Below, piece by piece: positions 21,546 to 31,113 of a stretch of DNA of 64,000 nt. Every line of letters starts with the position of its first letter. The first letter of the stretch is position 1. The notes beneath the pieces are model-generated. The model had not been told where the DNA came from and searched no databases. It worked only from the letters and a program-made list of their open reading frames with translations. A program made the position numbers and the translations under genes. Source of the DNA: an uncultured Pelagibacteraceae bacterium (GTDB lineage: Bacteria; Pseudomonadota; Alphaproteobacteria; Pelagibacterales; Pelagibacteraceae); contig CACHKS010000001.1 of NCBI GenBank assembly GCA_902580485.1, forward strand, positions 16,959 through 80,958, given 5' to 3'.

Positions 21546-22798
21546 CGATTTTTTTCTTTAATAATATTTAACACTCTTTTATTTGAGACTTTAAAATCAT
21601 TATCTAGCCATTCATTCTCGATCTGTTTTAATGTTTTTCCGATTAAAGCTCCCTCTTTCATTCCATTTTCTTTTAAATAGTTTCCATCAAATAAAAATTT
21701 TGGAATATTTATCTTTTTTATATTATCTAGCACATTAAGATAGTTTTTTAATTTAACTTTTTGGTTACTTGCAAAATAAAGTGCATTGAGAGTCATTAAG
21801 TGGCTTTTGCCAAAAAAATAAATATTTTTTTTTATGTCTCTTTGAAAAAATTCTTTATTCTTTTTAAGAGTTGTAAAGTTTTTAGCAATGAAATTGAGGC
21901 TTTCTTTCAATGTATTTGAAACATTATATTTATGTGAGAAATATTCATGATTGTTTGTTTCATCTATTAGCATGATAGCTAAGAACATCTTTTTATCAAA
22001 ATTTGACTGAATGTTTATATTCACTAATTTATTCAATCTATTTAAATATTTAAATTCAGGAAAGATTAATGAAAAAATTTCTTTTAACGGTTTGTTATCG
22101 TTCAGTTTGACAAAATTTTTTGTATGTAAGATCTTAAATAATTCACTTAAAATTCTTTCTTTGGAAATCTTTTTAACTCCGTCTAAATTTAATTTAATTG
22201 CTTCAATTGATGTTGGCTCTATTTTGCTTTCATATTCTATAGAAAATCTAATAAAACGTATAATTCTTAAATAATCTTCTTCAATTCTTTTTTGTGGATC
22301 TCCAATAAATTTAATATTATGATTCTTCAAATCTTGAACACCTAATTGTGGATCAAAGATTTTTCCATTTATATCTAAATAAATAGCATTAATAGTAAAG
22401 TCCCTTCTTTCAGAGTCTTTTTCCCAGTCGTCAGTATATTCTATTTCAGCATGTCTGCCGTCAGTTTTGATATCTTTTCTTAGAGTAGTTAGCTCCAGTT
22501 TTAATTTTTTGGATACAAGAGTTACTGTTCCATGTTTTATACCGCTATCAATAATATTAAACTTTGTATTTTTAAATTTTTTTTTAATTTCATCTGTGGT
22601 TAAAGAGGTTGCGATATCGATATCATCTATTTCTTCATTAAGTAAATATTTTCTAACACATCCACCAACAAACATAGCTGTTTTTGATTTATTTGGAGCA
22701 TCCTGATGTAATTTTTTAAAAATAAATTTTAAATCACTATTTTTATAAAAAGGAAAAAAAATTTTGTTAATTTTTTTTATAAAATTAAATTTAAACAT
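21542..22798 (-). CDS. cca: CCA tRNA nucleotidyltransferase (start corrected to ATG 22798)
   Basis: VGGCVR, DIDIAT, RRDFTINA, EDYLRIIR. Confidence 0.92.
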   Translation of the reverse strand: MFKFNFIKKINKIFFPFYKNSDLKFIFKKLHQDAPNKSKTAMFVGGCVRKYLLNEEIDDIDIATSLTTDEIKKKFKNTKFNIIDSGIKHGTVTLVSKKLKLELTTLRKDIKTDGRHAEIEYTDDWEKDSERRDFTINAIYLDINGKIFDPQLGVQDLKNHNIKFIGDPQKRIEEDYLRIIRFIRFSIEYESKIEPTSIEAIKLNLDGVKKISKERILSELFKILHTKNFVKLNDNKPLKEIFSLIFPEFKYLNRLNKLVNINIQSNFDKKMFLAIMLIDETNNHEYFSHKYNVSNTLKESLNFIAKNFTTLKKNKEFFQRDIKKNIYFFGKSHLMTLNALYFASNQKVKLKNYLNVLDNIKKINIPKFLFDGNYLKENGMKEGALIGKTLKQIENEWLDNDFKVSNKRVLNIIKEKNR

Positions 22799-22804
22799 GT
22801 TTTT

Positions 22805-22878
22805 TGGCTGGGGCACTAGGATTCGAACCTAGGATGGCGGTATCAAAAACCGCTGCCTTACCGCTTGGCTATGCCCCA
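22805..22878 (-). tRNA. tRNA-Gln(TTG) with encoded CCA
   Basis: TGGGGCATAGCCAAGCGGTAAGGCAGCGGTTTTTGATACCGCCATCCTAGGTTCGAATCCTAGTGCCCCAGCCA; anticodon stem GCGGT/ACCGC, T-loop TTCGAAT. Confidence 0.97.
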
Positions 22879-22913
22879 ATATTAAGTTTTTGATATATCA
22901 TAAATTTCTTAAT

Positions 22914-23753
22914 TTAAATAGTTTTTGCAAGCGATAACCAATATTTAGGATGCTTTGTCTTAATTCCGTTTAAAGCAGCTTTGGCCATTTTTTCACTTTT
23001 AAACACGCCGTAACAAACTGACCCAGAACCAGTCATTCTAGAAAAGCAGCACCCTTTTTTTTGTTGAATCTCTAAAATCAGTTTTTTGATAATTGGATAT
23101 TTATTTTCTACAATTGATTGTAGATCATTATTTTCATTTTCTATAAAATCTGTAAATTCATTTTTATTTTTAATTTTATTGATATTGTATTTAGATTTTG
23201 AGGAATATTTCCTAACTTTGGAATAAATATGCTTTGTAGAGCACCTTACATTTGGATAGACCAATACAAAATATAACCTATATTTTCTTCTAAAAACCTT
23301 GATTGTTTTGAGATTTTTTAAAAAACCTTGTTTATAAAAAAATAATTTCAAATCAGAACCTATCTCTTTAATTAAAATAGCTAATAGATTCTTGTTTAAT
23401 TTGTTTTTAGTAAAGTATTTAATTAAACTTGCTGCATTGCTGGTGCCTCCACCCATTCCTGAAAACACCGGTATTTTCTTATTTACCAAAATCGAATAAT
23501 AACCAGAAATTATATTTCTTTCTCTTAATATTGCTAAAGTGTCTTTAATTGTATTGTGTTTTTTCTCCACATAGTTAGAAAATTTCCCCTTAAACTCAAC
23601 TTTATCTTTTTTGTTTTTTATTTTTTTTATTTTTATTTCATCAAATAAATTTATTAAACAAAAATAAGACTGTATTTCATGCAACCTGTCTTTTTTTAAT
23701 TTTCTAATAATATTTAGTGATAAATTAATTTTAGAGAAAGATTTTAAAATCAT
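22914..23753 (-). CDS. ispE: 4-diphosphocytidyl-2-C-methyl-D-erythritol kinase
   Basis: KINLSL, IPVFSGMGGGTSNAA, MTGSGS. Confidence 0.93.
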   Translation of the reverse strand: MILKSFSKINLSLNIIRKLKKDRLHEIQSYFCLINLFDEIKIKKIKNKKDKVEFKGKFSNYVEKKHNTIKDTLAILRERNIISGYYSILVNKKIPVFSGMGGGTSNAASLIKYFTKNKLNKNLLAILIKEIGSDLKLFFYKQGFLKNLKTIKVFRRKYRLYFVLVYPNVRCSTKHIYSKVRKYSSKSKYNINKIKNKNEFTDFIENENNDLQSIVENKYPIIKKLILEIQQKKGCCFSRMTGSGSVCYGVFKSEKMAKAALNGIKTKHPKYWLSLAKTI

Positions 23754-23759
23754 CTTGAT

Positions 23760-25454
23760 TTATAAGCCTAAGATTAATTTATTTTTTATATTATCTTTCA
23801 AATCTTCTTCGGTATCTTCAAGGTTTAATACATAATTCCAATAATACCTTGCTTGTACTTTCTTTCCAACTTTCCAAAGAACATCTCCGTAGTGATCGTT
23901 TACTATTGGATCGCCAGGTAACAGCTTAACTGCTGTCTGAAGATGATCCTTGGCTTTTTCATATCTTTTTAATTTAAATAAAGCCCAGCCCAAAGAATCA
24001 ATAATGTAAGGATCGTTAGATTTTAAATTATTTGCCTTTTCAAGCATTTTTAAGGATTGTTCAATTTTTACACCTTGTTCAATCCACGAATAAGCAAGAT
24101 AGTTAATAACATAAGCTTGATCAGGATCAGCATCCAGTGAGGATAATAAATCTTTTTCTGCTAGACTCCATTCCCCTATTCTCTCATAGCAAACTCCCCT
24201 TCCATCTTTAGCTTTAGCATATAAGGGATGATCTTTTTTTATTTTTTCAATTATTTGAGTATAAAATTTTATGGATTTTTTGAATTGATCATTATTTTTT
24301 AAAAATTTTGCGTAATCAAATGTTACATAAACACTCTTTTGTGATAATTTTTCATAAGTATTAGTTATGAGTTTTAATGCTTTCTCATTTTTTTCTTCTT
24401 TAATAAAAATTTTTGCATTTTGTTTAGCGCTGTACCAAAGAAATGCCTCACCTTCTTTGCTCATGTCTTTGTAAATTTTTTTAGCCTGTATTAAATTATC
24501 TGATTTATAAAAATTCTCAGCTAATAATGCATTAAATGAGTAAAAATCATTATTTAAATATTTTGATAAATTTAAATAAAAATTAGAAAGATTATAAATT
24601 TCCTGAGATGATAAAGCATTAGCTGTTATGTAGAAAATTTCAGCGATAACATTTGACAAATTTTGACAATTAAAATTATTTTGATATTTTTCATTGTCTA
24701 GATCAAGTTTGTATTGATTTAACAATAAATTTCTTGGATATAATTTAAGTGAAGAAGCTACAACTTCTTTTGCTTGATCGACTTTACCGTTGTTCGATAA
24801 ATATGTTGCATAAAAATAATTATATCTAGAAAAATCTATATTTTGATTTATCGCAAGTTCTTCAAAAAAAAAGTTTGTTTTTTGACTTTTATAATAACAA
24901 TGTAAAAAAACTTTTTGAATGCTCTTTAAATGTTCGAATCTAGAGTCTATTGCATTAATTTTTTTTTGAGCTTTATTAAAATTTAAATTTTTAAAACTCA
25001 CCCAATTTATAAGAGAGCTTGATACAAAGCTATTCAAAATAGAAGTAGATTTTCTACTTTTGAGTTTTAAAAAATATTTTTGGGCTAAATCATATTTTTT
25101 GTTTTTAAGAAAATAAATTCCTATAATTAAATCACTTTCAAAATTATCTAACTTTTTTTTTTCCAATTTTTTTGAATAATTATAAGCTTCATTAAATTTT
25201 CCTAAATTGACTAAAGAATAAAGGAATTTTGATGAATAAGTTAAATGACTTAGCTCAAGGCCATTTAATCGCCTTAGATAGCTATAAGATTCGTTATACT
25301 GATTATCTTTTAAGAGCAATATTCCTGAAAAATAGTCAGAAATATTATTTCCTTCATTAAATTTGTCTAAGTTTTTAGCCTGAAGTGTGGAAAAAAAAAT
25401 GATGACAAACAAAAATTGTAATATAAGCTTATTTTTAAAATTAAATATTTTCAT
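23760..25454 (-). CDS. Exported TPR protein
   Basis: Signal peptide, NYLAYSW...IIDSLGW...DHYGD TPR motifs; upstream of ispE. Confidence 0.85.
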   Translation of the reverse strand: MKIFNFKNKLILQFLFVIIFFSTLQAKNLDKFNEGNNISDYFSGILLLKDNQYNESYSYLRRLNGLELSHLTYSSKFLYSLVNLGKFNEAYNYSKKLEKKKLDNFESDLIIGIYFLKNKKYDLAQKYFLKLKSRKSTSILNSFVSSSLINWVSFKNLNFNKAQKKINAIDSRFEHLKSIQKVFLHCYYKSQKTNFFFEELAINQNIDFSRYNYFYATYLSNNGKVDQAKEVVASSLKLYPRNLLLNQYKLDLDNEKYQNNFNCQNLSNVIAEIFYITANALSSQEIYNLSNFYLNLSKYLNNDFYSFNALLAENFYKSDNLIQAKKIYKDMSKEGEAFLWYSAKQNAKIFIKEEKNEKALKLITNTYEKLSQKSVYVTFDYAKFLKNNDQFKKSIKFYTQIIEKIKKDHPLYAKAKDGRGVCYERIGEWSLAEKDLLSSLDADPDQAYVINYLAYSWIEQGVKIEQSLKMLEKANNLKSNDPYIIDSLGWALFKLKRYEKAKDHLQTAVKLLPGDPIVNDHYGDVLWKVGKKVQARYYWNYVLNLEDTEEDLKDNIKNKLILGL

Positions 25455-25462
25455 AAGTCCTC

Positions 25463-26164
25463 ATGATAAAGAAAATTAACGCTAAAACAATCAAGTTAAT
25501 CAAGTTTTATAACTTTATTAATTATAATTTTATTTACAACAATAATGCAATCAATAGATATAAAAAGGATAATTTTGAAATAACAGAGGATAAAGCTAAA
25601 AACTTAGATTTACTAAAAAAATCTATCATAAGTCTAAAAAATTGTGATTTAAAAAGACTTGCTAAAAATATCGTATTCAGTGACGGTAATCCAAAGTCTA
25701 AAATTATGCTAGTAGGTGAAGCGCCAGGTGCTAATGAAGATCAAGAAGGCTTGCCATTTGTAGGAAGAGCTGGGCAACTATTAGACAAAATGTTGTCTGC
25801 GATCGATTTAGATAGAAAAAAAGTCTACATTTCAAATATTATTAATTACCGCCCACCTGAAAATAGAAGGCCTACTGAAGATGAAATCAAAAGATATCTC
25901 CCATTTATTTTAAGACACATTGAAATTATTAAGCCAAAAATATTAGTCTTGCTTGGAAGCACAGCTATGAATGCTCTTATAGGTAAAGAGATTGTGATTT
26001 CAAAAATGAGGGGAAAATGGATAGAAAAACAATTTGGAACTTGCAAAACTTCTGTAATTATTACTTTCCATCCATCATTCTTAATGAGGCAACCAGCCCA
26101 GAAAAAAATGGCTTGGATTGATTTAAAAATGATTAGAGACAAAAAAACTAAACTTAAAATTTAA
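25463..26164 (+). CDS. udg: Uracil-DNA glycosylase family 4
   Basis: GEAPG..ED..G.PFVG.AG, RPPENR, FHPS. Confidence 0.92.
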   Translation: MIKKINAKTIKLIKFYNFINYNFIYNNNAINRYKKDNFEITEDKAKNLDLLKKSIISLKNCDLKRLAKNIVFSDGNPKSKIMLVGEAPGANEDQEGLPFVGRAGQLLDKMLSAIDLDRKKVYISNIINYRPPENRRPTEDEIKRYLPFILRHIEIIKPKILVLLGSTAMNALIGKEIVISKMRGKWIEKQFGTCKTSVIITFHPSFLMRQPAQKKMAWIDLKMIRDKKTKLKI

Positions 26165-26734
26165 TTGAGAGAATTAATCACAGCAGGAGTTGATGAAGTT
26201 GGTAGAGGATGTCTTGCTGGTCCCGTAGTTTCTGCAGCCGTAATACTAAAAAAAGGTATAAATTTAAACATTATAAAGGATTCAAAGAAAATAACATTTA
26301 ACAAGAGAGAGGAAATTTCAGAACATATTAAAAATAACTCTTATTATGCTATTGGAATTGCTTCAGTAGAGGAAATTTTAAATTTAAACATTTTGCAAGC
26401 TTCATTGCTCTCTATGAAAAGAGCAATTGAAAAACTTGCTGTAAGACCAGGTATGACCTTAATAGATGGAAACTTTGCTCCAAAGGGTTTAAAAAATTAT
26501 AAAACAATAGTTAACGGGGATGAGAAAATTAAAGTCATAAGCGCCGCTTCTATAGTTGCAAAAGTTTATAGAGATAGATTTATGATAAAATTATCAAAGA
26601 AATTTTCTAACTATGCTTGGGAAAGAAATTTTGGATACGGCACTAAAGCTCACTTAAGTGGTTTAAAAAAGTTTGGTATTACTGCTCATCACAGGAAAGC
26701 CTTTAAACCAGTACACAAGATATTGTCAAGATAG
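26165..26734 (+). CDS. rnhB: Ribonuclease HII (TTG start)
   Basis: GVDEVGRG, DSKK, DG, AASIVAK. Confidence 0.96.
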   Translation: MRELITAGVDEVGRGCLAGPVVSAAVILKKGINLNIIKDSKKITFNKREEISEHIKNNSYYAIGIASVEEILNLNILQASLLSMKRAIEKLAVRPGMTLIDGNFAPKGLKNYKTIVNGDEKIKVISAASIVAKVYRDRFMIKLSKKFSNYAWERNFGYGTKAHLSGLKKFGITAHHRKAFKPVHKILSR

Positions 26735-26782
26735 GAATCTCTAACACTAGAGAACTCATTTTTTTTCTAAAATAGTTTGACC

Positions 26783-26809
26783 CTAGATTCAATTTCGGGT
26801 TGAATCTAG
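26783..26809. promoter_or_regulatory. Perfect 10-bp inverted repeat with two GANTC sites directly before ccrM
   Basis: CTAGATTCAA-tttcggg-TTGAATCTAG; GATTC 26786, GAATC 26802. Confidence 0.75.
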
Positions 26810-26812
26810 AAA

Positions 26813-27886
26813 ATGTCAAAATTCTTTAACAAAATTTTAAATGGTGATTGTCTGAATGAATTAAAAAAAATTCCAGATAAAACTTTTGATTTAGTTTTTG
26901 CCGACCCTCCTTACAACTTGCAGATTGGTGAAAAGTTAACTCGTCCAGACTCAAGTAAAGTTAATGGAGTAATAGATAAGTGGGATCAATTTAATAGTTT
27001 TAAACATTACGATAATTTCTGCAATGTTTGGTTAACCGAATGCAAAAGAATTTTAAAAGATAATGGAAGTATATGGGTTATAGGTTCCTACCATAATATT
27101 TTTCGATTGGGTTATCATTTGCAAAATTTAGATTATTGGTTGCTTAATGATGTAATTTGGAGAAAGAATAATCCAATGCCTAATTTCAGAGGCACAAGAT
27201 TCACTAATGCTCATGAGACTTTAATTTGGGCTTCAAAAAGTAAAAAATCAAAATACACTTTTAATTATCAATCTCTTAAATGTTTAAATGATGATTTACA
27301 AATGAGATCTGACTGGACTTTGCCAATTTGCAATGGGAAAGAGAGATTAAAGAAAAATGGAAAAAAAATTCATTCTACACAAAAACCTGAAGCGCTACTT
27401 CATAGAATTATCTTAGCTACTACTAATAAAGGTGATACAGTTTTTGATCCTTTTTTAGGTACCGGAACTACTGCGGTCGTTTCTAAGAAGTTGGGTAGAA
27501 ACTATTATGGAATTGAAAAAGATAAAAAATACTTTATCGCAGCAAAAGATAGAATAAATAAAGCCACTAAAATTGAAGACGATTACCTTGATACAATCGA
27601 AAATAATAAGTCAAAACCCAGAATACCGTTTGGCTCTCTGGTTGAATTAGGAATAATTAAACCTGGGACATCTTTATTTGATCCAAAAAAAAAAATTAAT
27701 GCAAAAATAATGGCTGATGGAAGTATAAAATATAAAGAGATAGAGGGATCAATTCACAAAATTGCTGCAAAAATAATGGGTGCCGAGAGTTATAATGGTT
27801 GGACTTACTGGCATTATAATATAAATGGGGCGAACGTTTTAATTGATAGTCTTAGGCAGAAGTTTATTGCAGAAAAGCAAAACTAG
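26813..27886 (+). CDS. ccrM: CcrM-type adenine DNA methyltransferase (GANTC)
   Basis: DPPY, NPMPNFRGTRF, HSTQKPE, DPFLGTGT, C-terminal NGWTYW; rnhB-ccrM synteny. Confidence 0.93.
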   Translation: MSKFFNKILNGDCLNELKKIPDKTFDLVFADPPYNLQIGEKLTRPDSSKVNGVIDKWDQFNSFKHYDNFCNVWLTECKRILKDNGSIWVIGSYHNIFRLGYHLQNLDYWLLNDVIWRKNNPMPNFRGTRFTNAHETLIWASKSKKSKYTFNYQSLKCLNDDLQMRSDWTLPICNGKERLKKNGKKIHSTQKPEALLHRIILATTNKGDTVFDPFLGTGTTAVVSKKLGRNYYGIEKDKKYFIAAKDRINKATKIEDDYLDTIENNKSKPRIPFGSLVELGIIKPGTSLFDPKKKINAKIMADGSIKYKEIEGSIHKIAAKIMGAESYNGWTYWHYNINGANVLIDSLRQKFIAEKQN

Positions 27887-29013
27887 TTTTTATATACTGA
27901 GCCTAGATAAGAACTAATAAAACTTTTTCGTTTAACTAGAAACTTCATGAAAAAGTTCCTTATAATTTGCATAAAGGGACTCGAGAAATGAAAGGCAATA
28001 AAATTAAGGTTTGATCTTTTTCTGACTATTTTTACTCTTTTCAATCTTTCTTTAAAGTAAACGTTTTGAATGTCTGTTTTGTCCTCATTCAATAGATTGA
28101 ATAATTCATAAGCACTTTCTATTGATTGTCCTGCTCCTTGAGCTAATGTAGGTAAAAAACCGTTAAATGCATCACCGATATAAAATACTTTACTGTTTGT
28201 AGAGGGAAGTATTTTAGGAGTAAAATATAATGGCCAAGATTTTAAATCTCCGTCAAAAGCTTTTACTAAACTCGAGTTTTGACTAACTACTTTATCAACC
28301 AAAGATTTAATATCATCTGGATCGTATTTCTTGTCTCTGATAACAGAAACAAGATTAAGCTCTTTAATTTTATTTATGGGATAGATGACTAAATGACAAT
28401 TTTTTCCCATCAAAAGAGTGATTTTCTCTTCATCAATGTTTAATTGAGATTTTGATTTAAGTATTGTTCTTACGGCTATAGCTTTTTTAAATTTTGGCTT
28501 ATTTTTTTTCTTTTCAAAAAAAGATCTTGTATTAGAAAAGATTCCATCTGCACCGACAACTATGTCTACAAGATCATTAGTATTATCATGAAATTTGATA
28601 AGTATTTTTCCTTTTAATTCAGAAACTTCTTTTATTTTTTTTCCAAATCGTAAATGTTGTGTATAGATGTCATCTTTTAAAAACTCAATTAAAGTTGATC
28701 TTTGTAAAGTAGTATATTTATTTTCCTTAGTGTTAAACTGAGTCAAATCTAAATCACAAATTTTTTTATTTTGCATACTATAAAAATCAACTCCTTTTGG
28801 ATTAAATATTTTTTTACTATCAATTTTATCAAATCCAATCATATTCAAAATTTTTGTACTATTTGTTGACAGTTGGATACCATAACCTTCATCCAAAGAT
28901 AAGCTCTCTTGTTTTTCATACAACATAAATTCGAGCTCAGAATTTTTTTTAATAAAATTTGCAAGAGTTAAACCTGCTATACCAGCGCCAATAATTGCTA
29001 TTTTTTTTTTCAT
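27883..29013 (-). CDS. FAD-dependent monooxygenase (salicylate hydroxylase-like fold), substrate unknown
   Basis: GAGIAG, GADG, GDA...P..AQGA fingerprints. Confidence 0.8.
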   Translation of the reverse strand: MKKKIAIIGAGIAGLTLANFIKKNSELEFMLYEKQESLSLDEGYGIQLSTNSTKILNMIGFDKIDSKKIFNPKGVDFYSMQNKKICDLDLTQFNTKENKYTTLQRSTLIEFLKDDIYTQHLRFGKKIKEVSELKGKILIKFHDNTNDLVDIVVGADGIFSNTRSFFEKKKNKPKFKKAIAVRTILKSKSQLNIDEEKITLLMGKNCHLVIYPINKIKELNLVSVIRDKKYDPDDIKSLVDKVVSQNSSLVKAFDGDLKSWPLYFTPKILPSTNSKVFYIGDAFNGFLPTLAQGAGQSIESAYELFNLLNEDKTDIQNVYFKERLKRVKIVRKRSNLNFIAFHFSSPFMQIIRNFFMKFLVKRKSFISSYLGSVYKN

Positions 29014-30020
29014 TAAAATAAAATTGATACCTGTCTAAATATTTTTTTTGTAAAAGTTGGGATAAACTCTTTGTCTTGATTTTTATCCATTGAATACCAA
29101 ATGTAAGATTCTGGAATTTTATTTGAAAATTTGTAATATAAATTTATATTTAATTTCTTATTTGAAATAGAATTTTTGTATCTTTTTAAAAACTTCCAAT
29201 TTCCAGTTGTAACATTTCTTTTTGACTCACGAATTCCAGGAAGGTTAAATTGGCTTAAAAAACCAAGATTATTTTTCTTTGTAAGAGCTATTTGTTTTTT
29301 TTTATTTACATAACAAAAAACATCGTAATTTTTATTTTCAATCATTTTATGTTTATTAGTTTTTATCTTTTTTGAAGAGTTAAAATATTTACAGTTTTTT
29401 TTCAAATTACAAATATTGCATTTTGGGTCTTTGGGTTTACAAACTAACGCCCCAAACTCCATTAAAGCCTCAACAAAATCAGAATTTCTATTTGAATTGA
29501 AAAGTTTATTTTTATTTTTCTCTATTAATTTATCAAAATTAATTTTGCTTTCTTTTTTGTTTATAATTCTAGAAAATACTCTCTTTACATTTCCATCTAC
29601 TGCAATTGTTGGTAAATCATGAACTAATCCAATTAATGCATTTGCTGTATAATCTCCAATGCCAGGAAGATCTTTAATTTCTTTAATAGTTCCAGGTAGT
29701 TTAGAATTATATTTATTAACCAATATTTTTGAAGTTGCTAGAAGATTTCTGGCTCTTCTATAGTACCCTAGACCTTCCCATAATTTTAAAATTTTCTGTT
29801 CACTGCTTTTTGAAAGCATCTTTAAAGTTTTAAAATTTTTAGTAAATTTTTTAAAATAAGGAATAACTGTTTTAACTTGAGTTTGCTGCAACATAAATTC
29901 GCTTAGAAGTCTATAATAGAGCTTTTTAGAGGAATTTTTGCCAACACGCCAAGGTAAGGTGCGTTTATTATTATCGTACCAACCAAGAATTTTTTTTGGT
30001 AAATTAAAGTTTATATGCAT
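29013..30020 (-). CDS. mutY: A/G-specific adenine glycosylase
   Basis: SEFMLQQT, GLGYYRRA, VDGNV, C-x6-C-x2-C-x5-C. Confidence 0.95.
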   Translation of the reverse strand: MHINFNLPKKILGWYDNNKRTLPWRVGKNSSKKLYYRLLSEFMLQQTQVKTVIPYFKKFTKNFKTLKMLSKSSEQKILKLWEGLGYYRRARNLLATSKILVNKYNSKLPGTIKEIKDLPGIGDYTANALIGLVHDLPTIAVDGNVKRVFSRIINKKESKINFDKLIEKNKNKLFNSNRNSDFVEALMEFGALVCKPKDPKCNICNLKKNCKYFNSSKKIKTNKHKMIENKNYDVFCYVNKKKQIALTKKNNLGFLSQFNLPGIRESKRNVTTGNWKFLKRYKNSISNKKLNINLYYKFSNKIPESYIWYSMDKNQDKEFIPTFTKKIFRQVSILF

Positions 30021-30491
30021 AATAAAAATAAATCACAAAATTTCATACAAGGATTAAAGCCTTTTTCAAGCTCTATACCAAAGACTTTAAAAAAATATTT
30101 AAAAAAAAGTGGTTATAACTATTCAAACATTGTTGATAATTGGACAAAAATGGTAAGTAAAAAAATATCTGATGCTTGCTATCCAATAACAGTAAAAATG
30201 GGAAAAGAGATGAGAGACGGCACTTTAGTACTGAACGTGCTTCATGGAAAAGAATTGGAAATTGAATACTCAAAAAAAGAGATTATAGATAAGATAAATA
30301 GTTTTTTCGGATATAGTTGCATAAATAAGATTATTCTTAAAATTGTCTCTGAGAAAGTTAAAAACAGAAAAAATGAATCTCCAAGGATAAAAAATCTTTC
30401 AAAAATTAATCAAAAGATAGAAGAAGTAAATAACGATGAATTAAAAAGTTCATTAAATAATCTTTTAAAAGCATATAATGAAAAAAATTAG
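30015..30491 (+). CDS. dciA: DUF721/DciA-family protein
   Basis: W..MV, GTLVL, IIDKINSFFG; mutY-DUF721-dsbA-smc synteny. Confidence 0.75.
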   Translation: MHNKNKSQNFIQGLKPFSSSIPKTLKKYLKKSGYNYSNIVDNWTKMVSKKISDACYPITVKMGKEMRDGTLVLNVLHGKELEIEYSKKEIIDKINSFFGYSCINKIILKIVSEKVKNRKNESPRIKNLSKINQKIEEVNNDELKSSLNNLLKAYNEKN

Positions 30492-31113
30492 TAAAATTTT
30501 TTTTAAACTATCATTATTGATTTTACTAATACTTCCAACAAGTTGCGATAGTAATCAAGTAATTCAGAATAATGATAGTAATAAAACTGAAAACAAGGTC
30601 TTAAAAATAGGTAGCACTAACTCAAAAATTACTATTAAAGTATTTTCATCTCTTACATGTCCGCATTGCGCAAATTTTCATATAAATATTTTTGAAGAAT
30701 TAAGAGAAGAATACATCGATAAAGGTATTGTAAAATTTGAGCATCACAGTTTTCCTCTAGATTTAGCTGCTCTAAACGCAGAAATTATTGTTAGATGTCA
30801 CTTGGATATTATTAAAAGTTTTCAATTATTAGGTGAGATATATAAAAAACAAAGTCAATGGGCGATTGGATCTGATATAAATATAATTAACGAATCTATC
30901 AAAAAAATTGGTTTAGATTCAGGGTTAAAAAACAGTAAAATGAACGAATGTTTAAAAAATGAAAATTTGCAAGAAGAAATTTTAAATGAGAGAATTGAAG
31001 CTCAGAAAAAATATAAAATTGAGTCTACGCCAACTATTTATATCAACGAAAAACAATACAAAGATAAACACGAATACAAACAGTTTAAAAAAGCTATAGA
31101 AAAACTTTTATAG
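30478..31113 (+). CDS. DsbA-family thioredoxin-fold protein, probable lipoprotein
   Basis: TCPHC, FPLD, cis-Pro STPT. Confidence 0.88.
   Translation: MKKISKIFFKLSLLILLILPTSCDSNQVIQNNDSNKTENKVLKIGSTNSKITIKVFSSLTCPHCANFHINIFEELREEYIDKGIVKFEHHSFPLDLAALNAEIIVRCHLDIIKSFQLLGEIYKKQSQWAIGSDINIINESIKKIGLDSGLKNSKMNECLKNENLQEEILNERIEAQKKYKIESTPTIYINEKQYKDKHEYKQFKKAIEKLL

Noticed and set aside
22799-22816. ORF-track N-terminal extension of cca (MPQPKN)
   Set aside because: It overlaps the tRNA-Gln acceptor stem; ATG 22798 is the plausible start.
26776-26786. TGACCCTAG upstream of ccrM resembles half of the petA/oxidase box
   Set aside because: The left half-site (GTCA/GACA) is absent; the -35-like hexamer and the GANTC repeat explain it.
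26813-27886. ccrM as part of a restriction-modification or defence system
   Set aside because: No adjacent nuclease; it has the core rnhB-ccrM-mutY context of the orphan cell-cycle methylase.
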